Origin: Oscillospiraceae bacterium
GTDB lineage: Bacteria; Bacillota; Clostridia; Oscillospirales; Oscillospiraceae
Length of the DNA: 34,253 bases
Direction of reading: 5' to 3'
Assembly: GCA_016286595.1 (NCBI GenBank)
Contig: JAEETR010000194.1
Coordinates: 1 to 34,253, forward strand
Below the pieces are notes generated by a model. It worked only from the letters and a program-made list of their open reading frames with translations. It did no database searches and had not been told where the DNA came from. Both the position numbers and the translations under genes were made by a program. Numbering within the stretch: position 1 is the first letter of the stretch; every line of letters starts with the position of its first letter. This document shows, piece after piece, positions 15,362-24,306 of this stretch.

Positions 15362-15399
15362 GAAAAAAACGCCGCGGATACTGCATCCGCGGCGTTTTG
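15362..15399. terminator. bidirectional terminator
   Basis: ACGCCGCGGAT (15369-15379) / ATCCGCGGCGT (15385-15395), flanked by AAAAAAA and TTTTG. Confidence 0.85.
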
Positions 15400-15415
15400 C
15401 CGTTGTGAGCGGGTC

Positions 15416-16537
15416 TTACTCCATGGAGCGGCAGGTCTTGAGCAGCTCGATAATGGGCAGGTGCTGGGGGCAGGCGCCCTCGCACTGGCCGCACTCTATG
15501 CAGTCGCTGGCCTTGCCTCTGCCCTCGGTGGCGATACTGTACTCCCTGCGGGTACGGAAGGCCTCGTTGCCCCGCTGCCGGTTGCTTACGGCGAAGATCT
15601 CGGGGATGGGTATGTTCATGGGGCAGCCCTCGGTGCAGTAGTGGCAGGCGGTGCAGGCGATGGCCTTGTCGCCCTGGATAGCCTCCTGAGCCCGGCGGAT
15701 CACGTCCTGCTCGGCCTCGTCAAGGGGCTTGAAATTGCGCATATAGCTGAGGTTGTCCTCCATCTGGGCGATATTGGACATGCCGGACAGCACGGTGATG
15801 ATGCCGTCCATGCTGGCCACGTAGCGTATGGCCCAGCTGGCCAGGGACATATCAGGCGCGGCGGCCTTGAGTATCTCCTGCACGGCGGGGATGGGGTCGG
15901 CAAGGGCGCCGCCCTTGATGGGCTCCATCACGGTGATGGGCTTGTTGTGGCGGCGGGCCACCTCGTAGCACTCCCGGGCGCGGATGCCGGGGTTCTCCCA
16001 GTCGGCGTAGTTGATCTGCAGCTGGATGAAATCCACGTCGGGATGGGCGGTAAGCAGTTCCTCCAGCAGCTCGGGGTCGGCGTGGAAGGAGAAGCCCCAG
16101 TGCTTGATGAGGCCCTTGTCACGCTGCTCCTTGACGAAATCCCAGATGCCGTACTTGTCGTAGGTGACGTAGCTGCCCCGCTGGAGAGCGTGGAGCAGAT
16201 AGTAGTCGAAGTATCCGGCGCCGGTGCGCTCAAGGCTGGTGGCGAACTCGGCCTTGGCCTCCTCTGCGTTGTGGATGGACGCGTTATTGGCGTTGAGCTT
16301 GGTGGCGATGGTGTAGGCGCTGCGGGGGAAGCGGTCGGCCACCGCGGCCTTGAAGGCTCTCTCGCTGTCGCCGTTGTTGTACACGTAAGCGGTGTCGAAA
16401 TAGGTGCCTCCGGCCTCGATGAACATATCCGCCATTTTGCAAACCTGGGGGATATCTATGGAGCCGTCGGGATTTTTGGGCAGGCGCATGAGACCGAAGC
16501 CCAGCTTGAAGGTGTCCTTTCCGAGATAATCTGACAT
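15416..16537 (-). CDS. aldo/keto reductase fused to a C-terminal 2x[4Fe-4S] ferredoxin-like domain
   Basis: The AKR core has GFGLMRLP, YFDTAYVYNNGDSE, and HWGFSFH. The C-terminus carries CTACHYCTEGCP and CIECGQCEGACP cluster motifs. AAGGAGG RBS is present. Confidence 0.88.
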   Translation of the reverse strand: MSDYLGKDTFKLGFGLMRLPKNPDGSIDIPQVCKMADMFIEAGGTYFDTAYVYNNGDSERAFKAAVADRFPRSAYTIATKLNANNASIHNAEEAKAEFATSLERTGAGYFDYYLLHALQRGSYVTYDKYGIWDFVKEQRDKGLIKHWGFSFHADPELLEELLTAHPDVDFIQLQINYADWENPGIRARECYEVARRHNKPITVMEPIKGGALADPIPAVQEILKAAAPDMSLASWAIRYVASMDGIITVLSGMSNIAQMEDNLSYMRNFKPLDEAEQDVIRRAQEAIQGDKAIACTACHYCTEGCPMNIPIPEIFAVSNRQRGNEAFRTRREYSIATEGRGKASDCIECGQCEGACPQHLPIIELLKTCRSME

Positions 16538-16622
16538 TATACCTTTCCTCCTTAGTCGGTAAAATACGTTTTCCGGGGCGTGAGGCCCCGCACTCCCGTA
16601 CCTGCAAATAATTATCGATTTT

Positions 16623-16651
16623 ATTATATATTCGCCCGGCCGTCATTGCAA
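16623..16651 (-). promoter_or_regulatory. SigA-type promoter of the AKR/Fe-S gene
   Basis: Minus strand has TTGCAA (16646-16651), a 17-nt spacer and TATAAT (16623-16628). Confidence 0.7.
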
Positions 16652-16673
16652 GGGCTCCGGGCCGTCGGCGGGC

Positions 16674-16704
16674 AAAAAAACGGACCCTGCCGGGTCCGTT
16701 TTCT
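16674..16704. terminator. terminator after the AbrB_dup membrane protein gene
   Basis: CGGACCC (16681-16687) / GGGTCCG (16692-16698), flanked by AAAAAAA and TTTTCTC. Confidence 0.8.
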
Positions 16705-16717
16705 CTTATATTCCGTT

Positions 16718-17827
16718 TTACGCGAAGGACCCCGCCAGGATCTTTATTATGATCGGGAACAGGGCCACGGTTATGGTCAGCCGGGCCAGCTGCAGCACGG
16801 AGACGGTGGGGGCGTCGGCGTTGAAATCCGGGGCCAGCAGGGCGAACTCCGTAGCGCCGCCGGCGGAGGAGGACATCATGGCGGTGACTATGTCCATGCC
16901 GGTGGAGCGGCTGAGGATCACGGCCAGGGTGATGTTGATGATCGTGAAGCCCACGACTATGAGCAGCGCGGGGATAACGGCGCTCTTGAGGGATTCAAGG
17001 GACGCGGCGTTCATGTTAAGACCTATGAGGGAGCCGCTGAGTATCTGGGTGGCCACGCGCACGTCCCTGGGCATGTACAGTCTGTCGGTCTTTATGTTCA
17101 CGGCGGCCACCACTATCATGGTGACTATGAGTATGGCGGAGGAGAAATCCAGCAGCTCGCCCAGCGCCCAGCCGATGGCGCCGCCGACGACGGCCACCGC
17201 AGCGGCGAAGATGATGCGTTTTTTCTTCTCGTCTTTGGGCAGGGACTTTTTCTTCTCCGCAGCTCTGACCTGCTCGGAGGGCTCCGGCGCCGTGTACTCA
17301 ACGCCCTCTTTTTTCGCCTTGCGTTTGGCGGCGATTTTGCCTACCACCTGCACCAGCGGCAGAGACACCAGATACACGGACAGCAGCCGCACCACCTGCA
17401 GAAGGGCCACCACGGAGGAGTCGCCGCCCATGTCCATGGCCAGCAGGGACATATCGGTTATGCCGCCGGGGGCCACGGCGAACAGCGCCGTCGGGAAATT
17501 GAAATCTGAGGCGAAATAGAAGATGAAGCCCATGCCCAGGCACAGCCCGATGATGCACACGACAAGTATCACCGCGGGCTTTATCAGCTTCAGGAGGGAG
17601 CGCACGCTGTCCCTGGTGACGGACATGCCTATGAACAGTCCCGCCACGGTCTTGGTGAGTATCTTCACCTCCGTGGGCATGTACATTTTGCCGGTGAGTA
17701 TGTTCAGCGTTCCCACCACGATGATGGCGCCAACCAGCGGGCCCGCGGGGACCTTGAGCTTTTTCAGCGTGATGCCTCCCGCCGCGCCGGCGATTATCGT
17801 GATGACGAGCCACAAGAGCTTTTCCAT
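16718..17827 (-). CDS. AbrB-family duplicated membrane protein (putative ammonia-monooxygenase-like, Gneg_AbrB_dup type)
   Basis: Polytopic protein with an obvious internal duplication. Compare GGITLKKLKVPAGPLVGAIIVVGTLNI..MYMPTEVKILTKTVAGLFIGMSVT with GGAIGWALGELLDFSSAILIVTMIVVAAVNI..LYMPRDVRVATQILSGSLIGLNMN. ATG 17827 is preferred over track TTG 17848. Confidence 0.75.
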   Translation of the reverse strand: MEKLLWLVITIIAGAAGGITLKKLKVPAGPLVGAIIVVGTLNILTGKMYMPTEVKILTKTVAGLFIGMSVTRDSVRSLLKLIKPAVILVVCIIGLCLGMGFIFYFASDFNFPTALFAVAPGGITDMSLLAMDMGGDSSVVALLQVVRLLSVYLVSLPLVQVVGKIAAKRKAKKEGVEYTAPEPSEQVRAAEKKKSLPKDEKKKRIIFAAAVAVVGGAIGWALGELLDFSSAILIVTMIVVAAVNIKTDRLYMPRDVRVATQILSGSLIGLNMNAASLESLKSAVIPALLIVVGFTIINITLAVILSRSTGMDIVTAMMSSSAGGATEFALLAPDFNADAPTVSVLQLARLTITVALFPIIIKILAGSFA

Positions 17828-17878
17828 TTCCTTACCCCCGAGGATCAAAAATCCGGTTCAAGTCGTTCAAACGGCAAG

Positions 17879-17907
17879 AGTATACCATAATCGAGGCTTT
17901 TTGTAAA
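17879..17907 (-). promoter_or_regulatory. SigA-type promoter (extended -10) for the AbrB_dup gene
   Basis: Minus strand has TTTACA (17902-17907), a 17-nt spacer ending in TGG, and TATACT (17879-17884). Confidence 0.6.
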
Positions 17908-17935
17908 TCTCAAAGTGCGCGGCGGGGCTTTCCTC

Positions 17936-18607
17936 TCACCATACGAAGGGCACCAGACGGTATCTGACCTTCTCCACGTACTCGCCGTAGCCCTCCAGTC
18001 CCTCGGTAAGCACCTTTTCCTCGTTGAGTATGCGCTTGACGATGATGGGCACGTAAAACAGCAGTATCAAAAAGGATATAAGAGCGCCCAGCACCAGCCC
18101 CATGGAGAGGAAAAGTATCAGCGTGGCGGCGTACATGGGATGGCGCACCAGACCGTAAAGGCCGGTGTCCACCACCTTCTGCCCCTCCTGCACCTCGATG
18201 GTCCGGGAGAGATATTCGTTCTCCCGAAGCACCTCGCCGTAGAGGGCGTAGGCGCCCAGGAAAAGCGCCGCGCCCGCGTACGTGAGCCATTTCGGCAGCT
18301 GCAGCCACCCGAAGCGGAAGGACAGTCCCGCCATGACGAAGGCCGCCAGGAACATCAAGCCGCTGAGGGCCACCACGGTCCTCTGCTCCCCCTCCCGCTC
18401 CTTCGCGCTGAGCCTTTTCTCAAGCAGGGCAGGACTTTTTGCCATCATCACCAGTCCGGCGCAGAACATGGGGATGAAAAGGATCGCCATGAAAAGCCAT
18501 CCGCCGGGCCACCGCAGCGTCCCGGCGGGCAGGAACAGCAGCGCCCCCACCAGGATGACTCCCGCAAAATACTTTGCCATGGCCTGAACAAACAGCTTTT
18601 TCGTCAT
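17936..18607 (-). CDS. isoprenylcysteine carboxyl methyltransferase (ICMT/PEMT) family membrane methyltransferase
   Basis: C-terminal signature is VVDTGLYGLVRHPMYAATLILFLSMGLVLG...LNEEKVLTEGLEGYGEYVEKVRYRLVPFVW. Several N-terminal TM helices precede it. Confidence 0.8.
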   Translation of the reverse strand: MTKKLFVQAMAKYFAGVILVGALLFLPAGTLRWPGGWLFMAILFIPMFCAGLVMMAKSPALLEKRLSAKEREGEQRTVVALSGLMFLAAFVMAGLSFRFGWLQLPKWLTYAGAALFLGAYALYGEVLRENEYLSRTIEVQEGQKVVDTGLYGLVRHPMYAATLILFLSMGLVLGALISFLILLFYVPIIVKRILNEEKVLTEGLEGYGEYVEKVRYRLVPFVW

Positions 18608-18681
18608 AAAACCACCGTCCGTTTCTTTATTGCCGCGGCGGGACCGTATCTCCGCGCGGCGCAGCGTAAAGCGGCTGCGTC

Positions 18682-18716
18682 AAAAAAAGTGATTTGTCGA
18701 AAGACAAATCACTTTT
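18682..18716 (-). terminator. intrinsic terminator of tRNA-Arg
   Basis: AGTGATTTGTC (18688-18698) / GACAAATCACT (18703-18713) with a GAAA loop. The minus strand is followed by TTTTTTTGAC. Confidence 0.85.
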
Positions 18717-18717
18717 C

Positions 18718-18793
18718 TGGCACGCCCGGCGGGACTCGAACCCACACTCTTCGCCTCCGGAGGGCGACGTGTTATCCATTACACTACGGGCGC
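18718..18793 (-). tRNA. tRNA-Arg (anticodon CCG)
   Basis: Reverse complement GCGCCCGTAGTGTAATGGATAACACGTCGCCCTCCGGAGGCGAAGAGTGTGGGTTCGAGTCCCGCCGGGCGTGCCA is a 76-nt cloverleaf. Anticodon loop is CTCCGGA and CCA is encoded. Confidence 0.92.
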
Positions 18794-18822
18794 ATATAAC
18801 GCGGTTTTCAGCCGCAAGGGGT

Positions 18823-18851
18823 ATTATAGCAAAAAAGTTTCCCGGTGTAAA
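18823..18851 (-). promoter_or_regulatory. SigA-type promoter of tRNA-Arg
   Basis: Minus strand has TTTACA (18846-18851), a 17-nt spacer and TATAAT (18823-18828). Confidence 0.75.
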
Positions 18852-18936
18852 GTGCGGCGGGGCCTTAATTCTTGTTTTAATTTGTCGCTTATGATAGAAT
18901 GTACGGGTAATCCCATCTTAAGGCTGGTGAAAAGGA

Positions 18937-19410
18937 ATGGACGAGCAGAAGGGAAATTTCAAGACTCAGGTTTTCGGCGGATTTGACCGCCACGACGTTA
19001 TCGAATACATCGAGAAGCTGGCCGCCCAGAGAAACGCCTATCAGAAGGAGCGGGACGACCTGACCGCCCTCAACGAGGAGCTGGCCGGGGCGAAGTCCGC
19101 CCTTGAGGCGGAGCTTGAACAGGTTAAGGAGGAGCTGCGCTCCGCCGTTGACGGGGCACAGGCCGCCCGGCGGGAGGCCGCGGAGAAGGCCCTTTCCGTA
19201 GTCGGCGAGGCACGGCAGGCCTGCGCCGCCGTCAGAGCCGACGTGGAGGAGAGCGCCCGAAAAGTCCGGGCGGAGCTGACCGTCACCGCGGAGGCCATCG
19301 GCGGCATAACCGCCAGTCTCGACGCGGCGGACCAGCGGTTCCAGGCCATCGCCGCCGAGATATCCGCCTCCCGCGGAGAGGATGAGGACGGAGAGGAGAA
19401 CGATGGCTGA
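18937..19410 (+). CDS. DivIVA-domain coiled-coil protein
   Basis: N-terminus FKTQVFGGFDRHDVIEYIEKLAAQ fits the DivIVA motif (F...F.GYD..EVD.FL). The rest is a heptad-rich acidic coiled coil. Confidence 0.6.
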   Translation: MDEQKGNFKTQVFGGFDRHDVIEYIEKLAAQRNAYQKERDDLTALNEELAGAKSALEAELEQVKEELRSAVDGAQAARREAAEKALSVVGEARQACAAVRADVEESARKVRAELTVTAEAIGGITASLDAADQRFQAIAAEISASRGEDEDGEENDG

Positions 19411-19954
19411 GTTCGCCCTGCACGTCTCCGAACTGAAGGCGGCCATACCGGAATTGTCCGTCGGCAGCCGGGTCTATCTGACCGGCACCGTCTACACCGC
19501 CCGGGACGAGGCTCATCAGGCTCTTTTCGACCTGCTGGACGCGGGCGAGCCCCTGCCCTTCGACGTAAACGGCGCGGTCATATACTACGCCGGCCCCACC
19601 CGGGGAAAGCCCGGCACGGTGTTCGGCGCCTGCGGCCCCACCACCTCCGGCAGGATGGACAAATTCACCCCCCGCCTTCTGGACCTGGGCCTGACGGCCA
19701 TGATAGGCAAGGGGAACCGCTCCCCCGAGGTGGTGCTGTCCATGATAAAAAACGGCGCCGTCTATTTCTGCGCCGTGGGCGGCACCGGCGCCCTCATCGC
19801 CAAATGCATCAAGGCCGCCCGGGAGGTGGCCTTCCCCGAGTTCGGCACCGAGTCCGTCAAGGAACTGACCGTGGAGCGCATGCCCCTGATCGTCGGCATC
19901 GACGCAGAAGGCCGCAACATATACGAAGAGGGCGTTAAAAAGTACAAAAGATAA
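19403..19954 (+). CDS. Fe-S type hydro-lyase beta subunit (class I fumarate hydratase / L-tartrate dehydratase beta, Fumerase_C)
   Basis: ATG 19403 (GGAGAGGAG upstream) overlaps the preceding stop by 8 nt. Motifs fit the two-subunit FumA/TtdB beta family: LTGTVYTARDEAHQ, YYAGPT...GACGPTTSGRMD.FTP.LL..G..AMIGKG.R, VYF.AVGG.GAL.A.CIK, and EFGTESV.EL.VE..PL.V.ID. ...G.N. Confidence 0.8.
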   Translation: MAEFALHVSELKAAIPELSVGSRVYLTGTVYTARDEAHQALFDLLDAGEPLPFDVNGAVIYYAGPTRGKPGTVFGACGPTTSGRMDKFTPRLLDLGLTAMIGKGNRSPEVVLSMIKNGAVYFCAVGGTGALIAKCIKAAREVAFPEFGTESVKELTVERMPLIVGIDAEGRNIYEEGVKKYKR

Positions 19955-20048
19955 GAAAAGCGGAGGAGATAGATCTCATCCGCATTTTCGGAACATTTTT
20001 CCCCGCCGGCGCGTCTAAAAGGACAAACCCCCGAAAGGAGAACACCAT

Positions 20049-20654
20049 ATGAAAAAGACGATCGCTGCCGCACTGGCCGCTTTGACGCTGTTTGCCCTGT
20101 CCGGATGTGCCGTAACGAAGGCCTCTCCCCTGCCTGAAAAAGATGAACCCGTGCCGGAAATCGAAATCGAAACCGCGCCGCCGGAGAGCACAGCCGCCGA
20201 GATAAGCGCGGCGGCAGAGCCATCAGATTCCCCTGATGTGCCGCCCGACGAGCCTGACGAGATAACGGAGGAAAATCTCGCCGTGGCTGAGCTGGGGGAT
20301 ATTTTTATCTCCCTTCCAATGCCCGAGGGCTGGGAGTGGGAGGAAATAAACGACGATAACGGCGGCAGCTTCGGCATATGTTTCTGGAAGAGCGGCGACA
20401 GAAGCCAGTACGCCGAGGTCAAATACTGGGAGTCCTTCGGCGTATGCGGCACCGGTCTGACCGAGGAGAAGGTCGATTTTCCCTCCGGCAGCAGCGCCTG
20501 GATCGGGTACTACGACGGAGGCAGTGACTGGAGCTTTGTCAGCTTCTGCGACGATCACAAGGGCTTCGCCGCCATCAACAGCGGTCTCTGCGGCGAAAAG
20601 GCCCTTACCGCCCTCGACATGCTGGGCAGGGCCGAGATAGGCTTTACGGACTGA
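20049..20654 (+). CDS. hypothetical lipoprotein
   Basis: AAGGAG RBS is present. MKKTIAAALAALTLFALSGC carries a lipobox. A Pro/Glu-rich linker is followed by a Trp/Cys-containing globular part of unknown family. Confidence 0.65.
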   Translation: MKKTIAAALAALTLFALSGCAVTKASPLPEKDEPVPEIEIETAPPESTAAEISAAAEPSDSPDVPPDEPDEITEENLAVAELGDIFISLPMPEGWEWEEINDDNGGSFGICFWKSGDRSQYAEVKYWESFGVCGTGLTEEKVDFPSGSSAWIGYYDGGSDWSFVSFCDDHKGFAAINSGLCGEKALTALDMLGRAEIGFTD

Positions 20655-20661
20655 TCCGCAC

Positions 20662-20695
20662 AAAAAAAGCAGGCGCCCGGCGCCTGCTTTTTTAT
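20662..20695. terminator. bidirectional terminator
   Basis: GC-rich palindrome GCAGGCGCC / GGCGCCTGC (20669-20687), flanked by AAAAAAA and TTTTTTAT. Confidence 0.85.
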
Positions 20696-21144
20696 ATCGT
20701 TTTCGTCATCAGCACCCGGCTGCCGTCGTCCCGGAAAACGCCGTAGCCCCGGCGCCCGTAGAGGCGGCGGGCCCCCTCGTTGGACTTTTCCACGTGGAGG
20801 GCGACGGTGCTTATCGTCAGGGAAGCGGCGTACTCTTCGGCCATGTCCATGAGCCTTGAGCCTATGCCCCTGTTCCTGTACCCCTCCGTGACGCAAAAAT
20901 CGTTCAGATAGATATAGTCGCCGTACTCCTCGCCCCGGTGGACCTCCACGGACACGAAGGCGGCGATGAAGTCCCCTTCCCTGGCCACGAATATCACGTC
21001 CTCGCCGCCGAAGTACCCGTCGGTTCCGGCGTCACCGTAGGCGGACACGTCCTCCGTACGGAATATGGTCCGCAGCATCTCTTCAAAAAGCTCCTCTATC
21101 CGTCCCGCGTCCGCCGGGACGGCTTTTTCATACGTAATCGTCAC
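20692..21144 (-). CDS. GNAT family N-acetyltransferase
   Basis: The acetyl-CoA binding motif is FCVTEGYRNRGIGSRLMDMAEEYA...ALHVEKSNEGARRLYGRRGY. The GTG start overlaps the upstream stop (GTGA). Confidence 0.85.
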   Translation of the reverse strand: MTITYEKAVPADAGRIEELFEEMLRTIFRTEDVSAYGDAGTDGYFGGEDVIFVAREGDFIAAFVSVEVHRGEEYGDYIYLNDFCVTEGYRNRGIGSRLMDMAEEYAASLTISTVALHVEKSNEGARRLYGRRGYGVFRDDGSRVLMTKTI

Positions 21145-21869
21145 GGTCGATCCTCCCCCTCCAGCAGTCGGATGAAGCAGCTGGGGCCGTCGCCGCCGTA
21201 AATCACGGCGAACCGCCCCTCCGGCACGTCTTTGACGGCGACGGCGGCATTTTCACCCTCCGTCAGCGACCTGCGGTAGGCTATATCGATGCCGGTCACG
21301 TTCTCGAAGGCGTCCTCGGGCATGGCCTGCGCGGCCAGATCCAGATAGCGGGTGTTGTGCACGTGGCCGTTGAAGTCCATATCCGCCCTGCGCAGCGCCA
21401 CGGGGACGGCCTCCCCCATATCGGCAGGGGGCCGGAGCCGCGGCATGGGAGTATCGAAAAGGGCCTTCGTCTCCGGGCCGTAGGGCTCGTACCTGTCCGG
21501 CCCGATCCGCATTATCCTCCCCGTTTTCGCCTCGATGAGAGCGAATTTGGCCTCCGCCCGCACGAGGATATCGCCTTTCCCGTCCGCCACGGTGTAATCT
21601 CTGAGCACCGATACTGGATTCGTCAGTTCCCTGGCCCAGGTGGTGACGGTGACGGAGTCGAACATCCCGGGCAGGGCCGTTATACGCACCCGCCACTGGG
21701 CGTTGATCCACGCCACGCCCTCCCGCAGGTTTGAATAGACGTCGTCCCCGGCGGCGTGGGAGTGATGGCCGCCGATGTCCTCTATGATGCACAGCAGCGA
21801 CGAAAGGCTCATTCGCCCCCTGCGGTCGAAATCTGCCATGCGGGGGGTGTATTTCTCTTCAAAGAACAT
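21141..21869 (-). CDS. acyl-[acyl-carrier-protein] thioesterase
   Basis: MFFEEKYTPRMADFDRRGRMSLSSLLCIIEDIGGHHS...WINAQWRVRI...TVTTWARE... and the second hotdog half DMDFNGHVHNTRYLD match the FatA/B-like acyl-ACP thioesterase family. ATG 21869 is preferred over track start 21905, which lies in a hairpin. Confidence 0.75.
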   Translation of the reverse strand: MFFEEKYTPRMADFDRRGRMSLSSLLCIIEDIGGHHSHAAGDDVYSNLREGVAWINAQWRVRITALPGMFDSVTVTTWARELTNPVSVLRDYTVADGKGDILVRAEAKFALIEAKTGRIMRIGPDRYEPYGPETKALFDTPMPRLRPPADMGEAVPVALRRADMDFNGHVHNTRYLDLAAQAMPEDAFENVTGIDIAYRRSLTEGENAAVAVKDVPEGRFAVIYGGDGPSCFIRLLEGEDRP

Positions 21870-21891
21870 GGTCTGCCCTCTTCCGTAAGCA

Positions 21892-21933
21892 GAGCCGCCG
21901 CGCACACGGTCGCGGCGGCTCTTTTTTCTTTTT
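21892..21933 (+). other. strong GC hairpin with T-run on the plus strand only (terminator-like, orientation opposite to flanking genes)
   Basis: GAGCCGCCGCG (21892-21902) / CGCGGCGGCTC (21911-21921), followed by TTTTTTCTTTTT on the plus strand. It lies between two minus-strand genes. Confidence 0.5.
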
Positions 21934-21942
21934 AAATTCGCG

Positions 21943-22872
21943 TCACAGCAGCATGTACATGCAGCCGTAGATGCCCGCGTCGTTGCCCAGACGGGCCAGC
22001 TCGAAGCGGGTGTTGCGGCAGCCGTGGAAGGCGTACTTCAAAAACGCCTTCTGCGCCCCGCTGGCCAGCTGCTGACCGGCCTTGCTGACGCCGCCGCCCA
22101 GCACGATTATCTCCGGGTCCACCACGGCGGCTATGACGGCGCAGCCCTTGCCGAGGCTGTCGCAGAAGGAATCGGTTATCTCCCGGGCCAAGGTGTCTCC
22201 ATCCTTGGAAAGGTCCCATATATTCTTGCTGGTCAGCTCCGTATCCCTGAGCTTCGAGGGGGCGTCGGACTCCTCCAGCATGCGCTTTGCGGTGCGCACC
22301 AGGCCCGTGGCGGAGGCGTACTGCTCGAAGCAGCCGCAGTTGCCGCAGCCGCAGGGGACGGTCTCATCGTCGTTGATGCGGATGTGGCCCACCTCGCCGC
22401 CGGCGCCGTGGCTGCCGTTGACTATCTTGCCGTCCACGACGATGCCGCCGCCCACGCCGGTGCCGAGGGTTATCATCACAAGCTGACGGCTTCCCTTGCC
22501 GCCGCCCATCCACAGTTCTCCCAAAGCCGCCACGTTGGCGTCGTTGGAGCATTTCACGTTCATGCCCAGAAGGCCGGACAGCATTTTCTCCACGTCCACA
22601 ACGCCCCAGCCCAGATTTACGCAGCCGTTGACGACGCCGTCGGCCACGGGGCCGGGTACTCCCACGCCCACGCCGAGAACGTCCTGCGCGGTTATGCCCT
22701 TTTTCGCCATGTGGCCCTTGATGCTCTCCGCCACGTCGGGCAGGATGGCCTCGCCGCCGGAGGCGGTGTCGGTGTCGATCTCCCATTTCTCCAGCAGTTC
22801 GCCGGAGCTGGTGAAAAAGCCTATCTTTACAGTGGTGCCGCCCACGTCGGCGCCGTAGCCGTACTTTTCCAT
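21943..22872 (-). CDS. glcK: ROK family glucokinase
   Basis: ADVGGTTVKIGF is the ATP-binding N-terminus. LGTGVGGGIVVDGKI..G..GAGGE.GH is present, along with the ROK zinc motif CGCGNCGCFEQYASATG. GGAGG RBS is present, and the gene starts 19 nt after the glnA stop. Confidence 0.88.
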   Translation of the reverse strand: MEKYGYGADVGGTTVKIGFFTSSGELLEKWEIDTDTASGGEAILPDVAESIKGHMAKKGITAQDVLGVGVGVPGPVADGVVNGCVNLGWGVVDVEKMLSGLLGMNVKCSNDANVAALGELWMGGGKGSRQLVMITLGTGVGGGIVVDGKIVNGSHGAGGEVGHIRINDDETVPCGCGNCGCFEQYASATGLVRTAKRMLEESDAPSKLRDTELTSKNIWDLSKDGDTLAREITDSFCDSLGKGCAVIAAVVDPEIIVLGGGVSKAGQQLASGAQKAFLKYAFHGCRNTRFELARLGNDAGIYGCMYMLL

Positions 22873-22891
22873 GCTCTTGCCTCCAGTCAGA

Positions 22892-24223
22892 TCAGTAAAG
22901 GACCATGTAGCGGTTTATCTCCCAGTTGGACACTCTCGTGCGGTACTCCTCCCACTCTCTCCACTTGCCCTCGGTGTACTGGGTGTAGATGTGCTCGCCC
23001 AGCACCTCCCGCATAAGGGCGTCGTGCTCCAGGCAGATGAGGGCCTCCTCGAGAGAGCCGGGAAGGCTGTCTATGCCGTGGGCCCTGCGAAGGCCCTCGT
23101 TCATCTCGTAAATGTTCTCCGCTATCTCCGCCGGAGGCGTCAGGCCCTTGATCATGCCGTCAAGTCCGGCCGCCAGGCACAGGGAGAAGCTGAGATAGGG
23201 GTTGCAGGTGGGGTCGGGAGAACGGAGCTCTATACGGGTGCCCTTGCCCCGGGAGGAGGGTATCCTCACCATGGCGCTGCGGTTGGCCGCGCTCCACGCC
23301 AGATAGCAGGGTGCCTCGTAGCCCGGCACCAGCCGCTTGTAGGAGTTCACCAGAGGGTTGGTGATGGCGCTCATGCCCTTTACGTGGGCAAGGATGCCGG
23401 CGATGAAGCCGTAGCACTCCTTTGAAAGCCGCAGGTCTCCCGCCTCGTCGTAGAATATGTTGTTACCGTCCTTGAAAAGGGACATATTGGTGTGCATGCC
23501 GGAGCCGGCTATGCCGTAAATGGGCTTGGGCATGAAGGTGGCGTGAAGGCCGTTCTTCTGGGCGATGGTCTTCACCGCCAGCTTGAAGGTCATTATGTTG
23601 TCGGCGGCGGTGAGGGCGTCGGCGTACTTGAAGTCTATCTCATGCTGACCGGCGGCGCACTCGTGGTGGGACGCCTCTATCTCGAAGCCCATGTCCTCCA
23701 GGGCGAAAACGATCTCCTGACGGGTGCTGTCGCCGTGGTCCATGGGACCCAGGTCGAAGTAACCGGCCTCGTCGCCGGTGGTGGTGGTGGGACGGCCGTT
23801 CTCATCGGTCTCGAACAGGAAAAACTCGCACTCGGGACCCACGTTGAAGGAGTAGCCCATATCGGCGGCCTTCTTCAGCATCCGCTTCAGGTTGCCCCGG
23901 GGATCGCCCACGAAGGGGGTACCGTCGGGGTTGTACACGTCGCAGATGAGCCGGGCCACGTTGCCCCGCTGGGGCTTCCAGGGCAGAAGGACGTAGGTGT
24001 CCAGATCCGGATAGAGATACTGATCAGACTCGTGTATGCGGGTAAAGCCCTCGATGGAGCTGCCGTCTATCATTATCTCGTTGCTGACGGCCTTCTCTAT
24101 CTGGGACTGGGTGATTGTCACGTTCTTGAGCTGGCCGAATATATCGGTGAACTGCATGCGGATGAACTCCACGTTCTGCTCTTTTACCATTCTGACGATG
24201 TCTTCCGGGGTATATCTGGCCAT
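22892..24223 (-). CDS. glnA: glutamine synthetase, type I
   Basis: N-terminus is [35 protein letters not shown]. Also present are FDGSSIEGF-like [35 protein letters not shown], the GSGMH.N.SLF motif, and NPY...A. AAGGAG RBS is present. Confidence 0.95.
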   Translation of the reverse strand: MARYTPEDIVRMVKEQNVEFIRMQFTDIFGQLKNVTITQSQIEKAVSNEIMIDGSSIEGFTRIHESDQYLYPDLDTYVLLPWKPQRGNVARLICDVYNPDGTPFVGDPRGNLKRMLKKAADMGYSFNVGPECEFFLFETDENGRPTTTTGDEAGYFDLGPMDHGDSTRQEIVFALEDMGFEIEASHHECAAGQHEIDFKYADALTAADNIMTFKLAVKTIAQKNGLHATFMPKPIYGIAGSGMHTNMSLFKDGNNIFYDEAGDLRLSKECYGFIAGILAHVKGMSAITNPLVNSYKRLVPGYEAPCYLAWSAANRSAMVRIPSSRGKGTRIELRSPDPTCNPYLSFSLCLAAGLDGMIKGLTPPAEIAENIYEMNEGLRRAHGIDSLPGSLEEALICLEHDALMREVLGEHIYTQYTEGKWREWEEYRTRVSNWEINRYMVLY

Positions 24224-24306
24224 ATCGATCTCCTTCCGGCCATATCAGCCTGCAAGATATTCAAAAGGCGCGCTCTGCAGCGCCCGTATTCGCCCATATT
24301 GGTATA

